A program made the translations under genes and the position numbers. From Cystobasidiomycetes sp. EMM_F5 (lineage: Eukaryota), in contig JBPGPT010000021.1 of assembly GCA_051047955.1 (NCBI GenBank), forward strand, positions 124,001 through 188,000: a stretch of DNA of 64,000 nucleotides. Reading direction: 5' to 3'. Every line of letters starts with the position of its first letter. Position 1 is the stretch's first letter. Shown here piece after piece: positions 38,715 through 50,797 of this stretch. Below the pieces are notes generated by a model. That model searched no databases, was not told where the DNA came from, and saw only the letters and a list, made by a program, of their open reading frames with translations.

Positions 38715-40714
38715 ATGCCGACGCTCATTTCTGCAGCGGTGTGGGTGCCGCAGGGAGCAGCAGCGAGGCATCCCAGGAAGCAGGATCTAAGTGATCCGGC
38801 AGAGCTCGAGAGGGTCGAGAGGCTCGGAAAGGTAAAGCTAGACCAAGCGAGGGCAGAGCTCGAAGCGGAGCTCGATCGGATAGAGGGAGGGGTGGATGGC
38901 ATGCAGGTGGACGGCGATGAGGGTGATGACGATGAGAATGACGATGGCGAGGGGTCAGGCAACGACGACGACGAGGCAGACTGGCAGGATGAAGACAGCG
39001 ACGACGCAGACCCGACTGCCAAAGCTCGGTCAATGCAAGCGACAATCAAACGAGCCGCCAAAGTGAAGACATCAGGCCAAGCTGGAGACCCGGAAGATGT
39101 CGACAAGCTATACAAACTCGATACATACGACCAAGAACGCTCACAGACTGCAAGTAAGGCATTCTTGCGGGTTTGAAAAAAATTCTGCGTCTCTCTTTGC
39201 TGAAATTACGACAAACAGGTCTTGGCATATTCTCATCCATCCGCGGACTGGCCTTCCATCCAGGAGGTGACGAAGCAGATCCTTATGTCACTCTGGAAGA
39301 CCCCGCCAGGGAGGACGCCGAACTGGAACGCGAAGAACTCGAAATTCTGCCGACAGACAACCTGATAGTCTGCGCAAAGACGGCAAATGACGTATCGCTC
39401 CTCGAAACACATGTGTACGAAAACTACGACTACGACGACAGTACCGGAAACAACGCCGAGGCAGAAGGCGGAAACTTGTATGCCCATCACGATGCGTTAT
39501 TACCAGACATGCCCCTGTGTCTGGAGTGGGGCGACTGCAGGCCGTCTACGAGCAAAGGAGATGCAAAAGGATCCTTTGTCGCTGTTGGGACGATGGACAA
39601 GCACATTGAGATATGGGATCTGGACGTCGTTGATGGCTTGATTCCGGAAGCGATTCTCGGTGACGATACCGAAGACCACCCCACTCAACAAACGCAGCAA
39701 CAGCAGTCATCAGATGAGAGGTTCGATGCTGTACAGGATGTGGAGATTGACAATAAAGCGCAAGCCGATACTGCAGCGAATGGCCAAAGCGGGAAGAAGA
39801 AGAAGAAAAAGAAGTCTAAAAAGTCTAATGGAAGTCCGGAACATGCACCTCTCGCCACTCTGCCTCACGCACATACAGACAGTGTCCTCTCGCTATCCTG
39901 GAACCGTGTGCATCGTTCTTTACTCGTCTCAGCTAGCGCCGATACGACTATCAAGCTGTGGGATCTGCAATCACCCACCTGTCAAAAGGCTATACGATCC
40001 TTCTCGGTGTTTGGGCAACAAAAGGTACAATCTGTTTCCTGGAATCCAGTAGAGGCGACTGTCCTATTAGCTGGTGCATGGGGCGGCGACATTCAGATCT
40101 TTGATACTCGAACTCCTGATGCTCGACTCGGCTGCACATTGACCATGCAGGCGGATGTCGAAGCATTGCATTGGGATCCGCATGGCACCGCTAACGCGCA
40201 GTTTTATGCTGCGAGCGGAAAAGGCCAAGTAACATACTGGGATAGCAGACATCTGTCCAAACCGATATGGATGCTGGATGCTCATGATGGACCGGTATCA
40301 TCGCTAGACGTCAACGAGTTCATTCCAGGCTGTATTGTTACAGGAGGTATCGATAATCAGGTCAAGGTCTGGTCTATCGGTGCTACCGCTGGTGCGCAGA
40401 GCAATGGCTCGCTGCCCAAAACGACGACAGCCGCGACAGGCAGCAATATCTCCCTCGTGCATAACCGCGACTTTGGTGTCGGCAAGGTATTCAGCACGGT
40501 ATGGAGTCCGGACGACCCTACGTTGGTAGCTTTAGCCGGCTCTGCAGCAAAACTTTCGGTGTGGGACGCATTCACAAATCCAGGTTTCAGAAGAACGTTT
40601 GGAGAGAGACTGAGAAACCTCGATGGAAGCATGTTTGCGGAGACTTCGCGGCGAGCAAGGGGACAAGGCGTTGTTCGGCTCGAAGACGATGGAGAAGCGT
40701 ATGAGTCGGATTAG
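38715..40714 (+). CDS. PWP1: Periodic tryptophan protein 1 (WD40, rRNA biogenesis)
   Basis: LISAAVWVPQG, LYAHHDALLPDMPLCLEW, VAVGTMDKHIEIWDLDVVD, HTDSVLSLSWN, RDFGVGKVFS. Confidence 0.94.
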
Positions 40715-40981
40715 ATGCAGTACGATCAAGACAGTTTGGAGTCGTATGTCCGTGATGTTGTTAGAGTATTGGGCATTTACCTTGATGACACCGAAGTTTG
40801 GATATCCTTTCTTTCCGGCTACCTTTCACCTTACAACCCTGTCATAACCGGTCACTGCATATTGCTCCAAGCATGCGCCCGATGCAACACCTGCGCCCGA
40901 CGTAGCCTACCAGATACACTTGTCTGGATTCTCCTCAAAAGAGCTTGCTGGGTCTGTCTTCAGTACTCAGTGCCAGCCTGG

Positions 40982-41858
40982 ATGGCAACAACATGGGCAG
41001 AAGAGATCTCGAGTAGACTCAGTAGCCTCCGGCACCCATTCATACAACGCATATGGAGCCTGGCCAACATCACGAACCCAGTTCCGTTCTTCCCAAATGT
41101 CCAATTTCGGCCGGTGAGTTAACGGTTAGACATGCAATTCTTTCGGAACAAGCGACTAATGATTTCTATTTGCATTCTGATCTCCTCCTCAACGTCTTGA
41201 TACGACTGCAATTTCATTCTGCTCAGCTGGTGGCAGCTGCGCTGTTCGTTCAGATGGTGTCGATGATGACGATGGGTGCACATCCTACCTTGGGACAAGG
41301 CTTACCCAAGCACTCAGACAAGCTTCTTCACTTTGTCACCTTTTCCATTGCGACACATATATTCTACTGGATCTGGATCGTCAAGGACGAAACGCTGCGG
41401 CGGATCTGGCACTGGAGACATCTACCCCGAATCTTAACGCTAGCGATTTGCTTCAGTAGGTCTCTTCATTGTATCACCTTGAATGAAGCTGATCCGGGGG
41501 TCTCACTCCAGGCGCAGCCGTTCTGTCCGAATTCATCCAAGCCATACTCCCCTATAAATCTTTCCAATTCTTCGATATTGTAGCGAACCTCCTGGGCGCG
41601 ACGCTTGGTCTGTACACTGCAGAACAGATTGATAACCAAATACGGAGACGCCGCGAGTTGTCGAGGCTGTATCTTCCGCTAGACGAGGAGCAAGCATTCG
41701 CGAGCACCCATACAGACGGTACCTCCTTCAATGTGCCTACAGTCGTAAGCGCGGTGCCTTCCGAAGCACCTCGGACAGCGTCTACAGGACCCTTTGCACT
41801 CGAGGACAGTGATTCTGAGGCGGAAGAGGCTGGATACGGCAGGTCCGCTGCGAGTTAA
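40982..41858 (+). CDS. VanZ-like family membrane protein
   Basis: HSDKLLHFVTF; spliced SEFIQAILPYKSFQFFDIVANLLG; RRRELSRLYLPL. Confidence 0.85.
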
Positions 41859-41990
41859 GCCTATGTATAATTTATTGATCGAGAGGTGTGTTGTGTAGAT
41901 ACATGTACTAAGATACACTCGCATATTCCATGCAACCTATTATTATGACTAAGTCACCCGCAGTATAGTCTTCACGTACGACATTTGTTC

Positions 41991-43487
41991 TCATCCATAC
42001 TTTAAGACCAATTCGTACACCGAATACATCACAGCAGCGTTCGGTACAACTCGCATTAGGTGTGGGGAGAGACCGTTGTAGAAGGCGAACATGCCTTCTT
42101 CTTGTAAGACTGTTCTGAAAGTTTGTAAAAGACCCCGATATTTGGGTACAGACTGACCAGGTGGAGGCGCTTGACGTAGTCTTGTCCGCACGACTTCGTG
42201 TGGATATGTTATGACGGTTGCGATCAATTTGGCAGCCCCTGCTGCACCGACAGTATCTACCCAACTCTCCTGCCCTCGGATACCCTGTTTCGTCCGTAAC
42301 GCCTTGAATTGTTCATACAGCATCCATTGCAGAGTACCTTCTGCCACCCCAAGATAACTAGCTGAAAGACCTCGGTAGAATCCCTTAATACCTTCATGGC
42401 GCCATATTTGGCCAATACACTCTAGCGAATTCATCATCTTGCCGGAAGGTGCAGTCACGGAGACCGCTGATCTAGAAAAAGAAGGGGTGAATTGCATGCT
42501 CGATGTAGCTGTCGAAGAGAAGGGTGCAGCAGCGCGCAAGGACCTGGCAGTCGTGTCTCTAGCAGCTTTTGACACCGGGTTCCGCTTGCCAGAGTCTTGT
42601 AATTGTAAGCGGGTCTTTACAACCCATATTGGATTCGTTGCGGAAGCCGTAATGATGCCAGCAGTTGCGGCTGAGATTAAATGTACTCCGGCGCTTTCCT
42701 TGCCGTTATTCAACAGGCGTGCATATATTTGCTTCCCATTGCCATACGTGAAGAAATTGATAGACCTGTATCCTTCGAAATGAGCGATGCTGCCTATGAA
42801 AGTGGCATGGCAGGCTATGCTGACCTTGCGGGTATGACACCGACCAAAGTAGGCCCAAGACCCCGGAAGAGCGCACGAACACCCTCTTCCCTCGAGATAT
42901 TGCTAGTGATTGGGCAGTTGTCAGCTTCTTTGTCGGCTGGCCACGATTCCAGACGTACCGCAACATGCTACCAGTCTCGACAAAGTGATACAGCAGCCTC
43001 CGTGTGCTGAGCTGCGACGCTTGGCCGGGTTGTATGCCTGCACGTGCATTCGATGTGCTGGCCACGCTTTGCGCAAACAAGGACGATTGAAGCCGCGTTT
43101 TCGCAACGTCGAATGGTTGAGTCACGAGTCCTCCGCACATCCCGCCGAGTCTGATTTCCGTACCAAATGGAGGAAATTAGCATAGAATATTGAACGTATG
43201 AAATTCGACAACATCAGTCGAACTGGCTTCTTCAGGTGCATTCTGTAAGCTGTAACTCACCCGCCAGCTACAAAGTGCCGCCATGATCTAGCAGGAATCC
43301 ATGAGTCTGCCGTCGAAGCTGGCAAGCTCCTACTCGATGACGGTATGGGCGCATCATCATTGTCCAAAGCCCTCTGTTTTCCTTTGCTCTTCAAGCTAGC
43401 AGCTGGCGCAAAGCTTTCACCTTCACTGCCAGCTAGTGATATCTGTGATGCCGCAGTCCTGGAAGCCGGAGCACTCATAGTTGACAT
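41991..43487 (-). CDS. RIM2: Mitochondrial pyrimidine nucleotide carrier
   Basis: Three carrier repeats: PFDVAKTRLQ, PIWVVKTRLQ, YPHEVVRTRLRQ; also WRHFVAG and GLSASYLG. Confidence 0.92.
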
Positions 43488-43620
43488 TGCATTAGCGGAG
43501 TTGTCGTGGACGCAAAGTGGTGGCAATAAAATTTGATCCGCACGGCAAAACTTGGTCTACAAAAACACAAATTACGACGTCAACTTCCGTGGATTCTACG
43601 GCTTGCGATCGTACAACTGC

Positions 43621-45722
43621 CTATCCATGATGGAATAGCCGGAGATTCGTCATCGCATAGACAATTCCAGCTTCGTCTGCCGCATCAATGACGACCTTGT
43701 CCATGACGGATCCACCAGGCGCAGCAATGTAAGAAACACCACTGCGAGCAGCACGTCTGACGTTGTCGGAGAAGGGGAAGAATGCATCAGAACCCAGGGC
43801 CACTCCGGTAAGCTTTTTCATCCATTCTTTGCGTTGCTCCCGGTTTAGCGGTTGCGGGACATGGCCCTCCTCGAAGAGCGCTTCCCATTCCTTTCGTTCG
43901 GTATCACCTTCTTCTGTTTGCCAGATTTGTTCCGTTACGTAAACGTCAATGGCATTTGCCTTGTCGGCACGCTTGGTGCCCTTTTTGAACTTGAAACCAA
44001 GTACACTCGGGTGATGACGCAACCACCACGCATCTGCCTTATCTCCCGCTAGGCGCGTGCAGTGTATACGTGACTGCTGTCCTGCACCAAGACCAATGAG
44101 ACCGCCTCTCAGAGCATAGGCGACTGAATTTGACTGTGTATACTTTAAAGCCAGAGTAGCTACGATCAGATCGGTGATAGCCTCTGGAGGGATATCCTTC
44201 TTTTGAGAAACGACATTATTAAAGAGCTCGGGTGTGATCCTGACGTCGTTCCTGCGCTGCTCCATCGTCACACCGTAGACTGTTCTCGTCTCGACCATGC
44301 TAGGCTCAAAGGTAGGATCCATCTGTAAGACGCAGTACTTGCCAGCCTTCTTCTTTCGCAAAATCTCGAGCGCTTCCGGCTCGTAGCCTGGCGCTACGAC
44401 ACCGTCAGATACTTCGCGAGAAATGATCTTCGCCGTAGCAACATCGCAAGTATGTGAAAGAGCCAAAAAGTCGCCAAAAGACGACATGCGATCCGCTCCT
44501 CTTGCTCTCGCATATGCTTTGGCGAGGCCGGATAGTTCGCAACCGAGGCCATCGACGCCAAATACCTGAACTTCTTCCGCTGTCAGCGGTTCGGATGTGC
44601 CGACTGCCGCTCCTGCCGGTGACACATGCTTGAAAGATGCGGCGGCGGGCAGAGCTGGATTGAAAGCTTGCGACATCTCCTTGACGAGTGCAAACGAATT
44701 GAGCGCGTCCAGCAGGTTGATGAAGCCCGGCGAGCCAGAAAGCACAGTGAAAGGCAGCTTTCCTGTCTGGACGCACGCCTGTGCCGGTTTCTGGTGTGGG
44801 TTGATGCCGTACCTCAGAGTCAGCTGCTGCGCTTGCTGTCGTAGAGCGGCCTTGTCTTCAGCGGGTGCACTGTCTATGCTGTCAGCCGAAGCGTATTGCT
44901 TGCGAAAGTAGTTGGAAATTGCAGCATCGTAGGCTGCGGTCATCGTGAAGGCTTTCAGCGCCAGACTCCGTCGTAAGCTGTCGGACGCCTTCTTTGATTG
45001 GGCATATTCGGAGAGGAACTGTGAATAGTCGGAAGGATCGCACAGAATGGAAACTCTGAGTGGAGACAATCTCAGATTTGTCTCGATGTCTGACGAATCA
45101 CCAGAGCTACCTCTCGTGATTTTTGGCTGCTGCTCGCAAAAGCGTCACACCGCCAATATCGACTTCCTCGACCGCTTGGGCAATTGTCGGCGCTGGATCG
45201 CGAGCCACGCATTTTTCGAAAGGGTAGAGATTGCACACCACAATGGACACTGGTGCAATCTGTTGAGCTGCCAGATCCGCCAGGTCGGAGTCTGTAAAGC
45301 GGGCAAGTATTCCTCCATGTACGGCCGGGTGTAATGTCTTTACACGTCCACCGAGCATCTCGGGTGCTCCGGTAATTTTTGAGACATCTCTGCTCATTGC
45401 GGAGAATTTTGTCGAAGTCAGTACAGTCAGATGAAGAAAGATGGGGTGGTTTCAGTTCGTCAGTGTTTGGGAAAGTATGACAACGGCAGATTTTCTCACT
45501 CTATAGGTATCCCGCTCTCTCTGACGGCTTTCGCAGTTCCCCCGGAGCCTACGAGAGAAACGCCAGCTGTGTGCAGACCCTTGGCCAGTTCGAGCAAGCC
45601 AGACTTGTCCGACACGCTCAACAGGGCTGCGGGACTAACGCATCAGAATTCCTAGCCATTGCTCGCAATTCTGTCCAGTCCGCACCTATGGGCTTTGCGT
45701 CTCGTCCGTTGTGCTCCGCCAT
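43621..45722 (-). CDS. ADE17: Bifunctional AICAR transformylase/IMP cyclohydrolase
   Basis: [84 protein letters not shown]. Confidence 0.98.
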
Positions 45723-45848
45723 GACTGTCGCAGGTCGGAACGAAAATAGGAGGTGTCATTGTCAAAATTTCAGGATGTTACCGGAGCAAGGCAGTTCGGG
45801 TCAGAATGGATCGGATTCCTGTCAACAGCTGGCCAATAGGATATCAAC

Positions 45849-47313
45849 ATGAGCACGGAGCACCAGATCAACGAGGTGCGCAGCGTAACTGATGCAAGAA
45901 TGGCTGTTCTTCGATGCTGAAATCGATCAATCGTCACGACACATGTACCGCAGCTCCTGCCATTCCTCGTGCACCCGACGCCCCAGCTTGCCAACCTCGC
46001 ACTCGTCAATCTACTCCCATACACCGTCCAGAGTTCGCCGTACCGTTCCCTCTTTCTCACGGCCAAATCAGGTCCGGATGGAAGTGAGCGAGGTTACATT
46101 AGGATTCTTGCGGGGCTCTGTCGAGCTGCAGACGACGAGGTGTGCGAGAAGGTCCTCATTGTCTTTGTATGGATGTAATCTAACCGGTCCATCAGTAGGT
46201 CACGCGGAAATGCGCCTTGACAGCGCTCGTCAATCTATCAGATTCAGTCACGACATGCTCGCAAATAGCCAAATTGGAAGGCTTCGTTGATTGGTTACTC
46301 GATCAGATACTGGTGACTTGTTCTATGTGCGCCAATTTAAACTGGCATTATCTGAAATACATTCATTCCCTCAGGATGTCTCCTCCCCGCTGGCTGATGT
46401 AGCTTCTATGCTGCTAGCAAATCTTACAAAACTCGATGCCGTTTGCCAATGCTGTCTACGAATCACCGACTCTGCCAATAAAGAATCACGTTTGTCCGGT
46501 ATCCAGTCTCTAGAGAAATTGGTCGGCGTGTTCGCGAGAGAAGGGAGCAACAAGAATGCGAATTACGATTATCTGGCGCACGCTTTTGCAAATATATCAG
46601 CGGTCAACGTACGTGTATGCAGACATGACTGTGAAACCAAGTTTAGCTTGAAATCTGATCATACCGCCAGATTGAGGAAGGCCGCCAATCTCTGCTCGGT
46701 ATGCCTGCGTCACTCGCCAGTGGTAGCGAGTCCGTCATCCCGCTGGCGGACCTAGTGCAATTTACAGAGCATCCTAGCTCAATACGCCGAGTGGGAATAG
46801 CTAGCACATTAAAGTGAGCTTCCCGGCTTTCACACGCTAGAACCGCGAAACTTACGAGTCGCTTTTCTCTGGCACAGAAACTGTGCATTTGTGCAAGAAG
46901 CACATCCTCTTCTGCTATCATCTGGTGCCGTTAACTTTCTGCCATACATCCTCTTACCGCTGTGCGGACCGGAGGAGTTTGACCTAGAGGAGCAGGACAA
47001 GATGCCGAGTGAAGTACAACTGCTCGGTCCGGACAAGAAGCGCGAGCAAGAGCCTACAACACGCTTGATGCTGGTCGAAACGCTTATACTTCTGTGCGCA
47101 TCGAGGAATGGGCGGGAGGTTCTGCGGGAACGCGGGGTGTACGAGGTCGTTAAGGTTGCACACAAGGCGGAAAGGGACGAGGACACCAGAATCGCCATGG
47201 AGCGCCTTGTGAATCTGCTGATGCGAGAAGAGTCGTCTGACACCAAGATCGAAGAACTCAGCTCGACGGTAATGCCGAAGGATGATGAGGACGATTCACT
47301 TGTAGAAGTGTAG
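45849..47313 (+). CDS. HGH1: Protein Hgh1 (FAM203; eEF2 chaperone)
   Basis: PLADVASMLLANLTK, YDYLAHAFANIS, NFLPYILLPLCGPEE, LVETLILLCASRNGREVLR; ends LVEV*. Confidence 0.92.
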
Positions 47314-47413
47314 CATCAGGAAGAGTGCATGGCATTTGTTATTGTACTCTGCCTTAGCGGAAAAGCAGATGGTCTAGCTTGCGCGATAGGGGGTCGACTT
47401 TGTCTTCACGCTA

Positions 47414-48995
47414 ATGCTCAAGCATGTTTCGCTGTTTCATGTGCGGATATCCGTGAAGTGCAAATCTGTACTGTCATCACTGCGATGTGCACAATGTCGG
47501 TCGTTCTCAGCGACCAGGCTCGTTGCAGATGACGCACTTCGCAATGCATTCGGCGCAGAGAAGCGCAACTTGCTGCATGCGAAGGGAACGCTGCTGCGAC
47601 TGCAAGACCACGGAAGATTCGGAGTGCAAGTAGAGCCAGCGCACGAGCTGCGCAAATTGGCGTTGTGCAAACGCTACAACTTGCAGCCGAGAGATGTATG
47701 TACACTGGCAGTTATGAAATAGCAACGATGGAAGGCTGATGTAGAATTCTCCTTCTGACAGCTAGGAGCTCTGGAACCCGATGTGGTACGCTGAGATCGC
47801 TTGTCGTATAACATCGTCGCTCAGATATCACGCATTCATTTTGCCCAGCCTGGACGACGTGCCCAGATATTCGTGCGGCCCGGCGCCATCGTTTACTCTG
47901 TCTTTCATCGAGCAGTTATTCAAGCCGACAAGCTGCTCATAGTCGAGAAAAGCGATGAAGCCAGCAGCGAGAATGCCGAAACTACCGAAACCACCCAAAC
48001 ACCACCCGAAGCATGTAGCGAAAACGCTATGACCATCCGCACCGAAATGTACAACGTCATGGTCCGCGATAAGCTCACGGTGACTGAGCGAGAGCCTGGT
48101 CTCACACCGTTCGAATTCATGTAAGTTTCCTTGTTCAGCGTTCGCCTGAATATGCCTAACGTTCCTTCGTTCGTAGAGCTCTGGAGGCACTCCTAGCACA
48201 AACGTACAGATCACTTCATCGAATAACGGCAGAACTTCAGGACAGGTTCACCCATTTGCTCAAGAAATTTAGCGATAATGAAGCCATCCCTACGTCTGCT
48301 CTCCAGGACATGCTGGAAATCAAAGGTAATTTTGCTGCACTCAAAACATTTGACGTATCATCCTGAGTTCGTTTACAATTAGACGCGGCAGAAGCCCTTC
48401 GCGACAACACAGAAGATTTCAAGAATGCGGTGTCCGAGGTCTTGCGCGAGGAAAGTGACATGGCAGCAATGTATCTGACAGACCTCTCACAAGGTAAACA
48501 GCGACAAATCGGAGATGACGATGAGATCGAACTGCTCCTAGAAACGTGAGCTGCGGTTGAACGCGGAATGTAGCCATGACTGCTGTTGATACATACTGGG
48601 TTGGCAGATATCGACATCACGCTTCTTCGCTGGCTGCCACTGCGAGCACGCTCTTGTCTCGTCTGGCAAGTATAAACAGCCATGTCGCATTGCTCCTTTC
48701 GGCAACGCGGAACAGACTCCTCAACCTGGAAATCACAATCGCTTTCACAACATTGGGCGTATCTATAGCAGGCTTCTTGGGTGCAATATTTGGCATGAAT
48801 CTACCCAGCGGGTTCGAGAACACGCCCCATCTCTTCTACTATACAGCGGCTGTGGCGGTCCTGATGGGTTTCATTACGGTTCGTACTGGACGTCGTGCGC
48901 TTCTCAAAGCCAGGTCCGTCAAATCCGACCAGTACTCGGTTCTGCAAAGGCCTTTAAGAGATAGACATGCTATAGTCGCTGAAGCGAAACCGTAA
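47414..48995 (+). CDS. MRS2: Mitochondrial CorA-family Mg2+ transporter (Mrs2/Lpe10-like, divergent)
   Basis: Presequence-like N-terminus, YNLQPRD, PFEF.ALEA, DMAAMYLT, ELLLE.Y, RNRLLNLE, FGMNL and two C-terminal TMs. Confidence 0.88.
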
Positions 48996-49195
48996 AAGGT
49001 GGTATATCCGCATCGCAGTCTTGCCGCTCACTAGTCCGCATCGTGTCGGCAAGGGTATTGCATAGTCTTCGAGATCAGACTATTCCATTAATGCATAGTC
49101 CCGTTTCCGCTATCAAGATTTCTGCTCGATTGTTTCGTGTATGTGCCAAGTACGCGTAGATTGCCTTAGCCCCACGTCCGACTCAGTATGGCCAG

Positions 49196-50544
49196 ATGTC
49201 AATACGACCGGCGCCGTCACGCCGTAAGTCGAGCAATCTGCTAGCCTCGCTTGCTAGGCAGAACACGCTCAGCGAGCGCGAGAAGGAGCGGGAGCGGGAG
49301 CATTGGCACGAAAGCAACAATGGCGACACGGGCAATCTGAGTGGGCAGCAGTACACGGCTACACCATCGACACCGTCCACCATATACTATGCGTCGTCCG
49401 CTGCTACGGGAGGAGCATCTTCCTCGACCTTGGCGCCGCCGTCCGTAGCATCATCGGTAGTCGGCTCAGGGAGCACAGCACCCACTTCCCATAACACTCC
49501 TTCGAGCAGCAGCACATTTGGCGTAAACCTCGAGAACTTGCGCTACATTGTACAAAAGAGGATTCAGACATTCTCCTACCTGAAGCGCGCCCACGAAGGC
49601 CGGGTACATTGGTTCAACACGATCCTTCTGACAAGGGCAGAGCTCGATGCCGCTTTCGACAATGCTCGGATGGCGAAGAGGTACGTTGCAGTTGCAGCAG
49701 CTCTCGCAGAATGCTGATGCCCGTATGACGAACAGGACCATCCGTTTCGCAGTTCTTGGCATGTCAATCTCGCTGCTTCTCGAAATCACCGCAGCGCACG
49801 ACTTTCTTCGAGCTCTTCTAAGTCTGTTGTCTGACTTTGATGCTGTGGAAGATGACGACACCATCAAAGTCAAGACCGTGAGCCAGACCCTTTCGCAGTG
49901 CGGAAGATTTGACTCACACCTCCCATAGAAAAACCTCTTCAAGGGCGGAAAGGGTAAACGCCCATCTGGCGCCGCCGACTACTCTGGGTCTCTTCAGGAC
50001 GGAGATCCGTCTCATGTCTTTTCGCCAAATATTGTACGTAATTGGCCTGTAGAGATTAAGTTAGCTTAATGCACTCAACATTTTTTGCCATTCAGCCTTT
50101 CGATCTCGACTACTTCCAGACACTCTATACGTTGTGCGATATTCTTGGGGAGATGTATCACAAGATTCTGTCATTCCTGGGGCCTTCGACTGGCACCTCC
50201 AGCATGCATACAATCGGGGCGTTCCCTCAACCATTGCAGACGTCGCCCTATCGTAACGGGATAGAGGCAGGCTCTTTTGCAAACATCGGTGATCGTAGAG
50301 CTGGCATTGGCCTCAGTCCAATGTTGGTCGAAGTTGTCTTCAAGATCGATAGCAAGTTTAAGGTGAGGATCACGCCAAGTTAAAAGTACAAATAGCAGAA
50401 CCGCACTAAAAGCACAAACAGAAAATCATTGCATTGGTGACCAAAGAGGTCGATCAGCTCGCTAGAACGGCGCTGAAGGACGAGCTGGATTTCATCAACA
50501 AAAGCTATCTGTCAGGCTTGCAAATGGAGGATGGATCCTTCTGA
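49196..50544 (+). CDS. Conserved fungal hypothetical protein
   Basis: Coherent spliced frame: KRIQTFSYLKRAHEGRVHWFNT, FAVLGMSIS, PFDLDYFQTLYTLCDILGEMYHKI, KIDSKFK|KII..VTKEVD. Confidence 0.75.
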
Positions 50545-50797
50545 TAATTTCGTGGATTTGCCTGTGAGGAGCGGGACTTTATGCTGCTATTGTAGTCAGC
50601 AGCTTGTCGTTGTACAGTATGGAAGGTCCGCATCGAATTGAAACGGAACATTGGCGTTGTGCCCATCGAGCCGTGCCGCGCGATCCCCGCTGTTGGCCGA
50701 CCATCCAATCATTGCATTTGACGTCCTTGGCCTGCTTCACAACCCTGATAGCGTCTGATCCGGCATCGAAATACTTCGCGATGGCATTGCATGGGCA

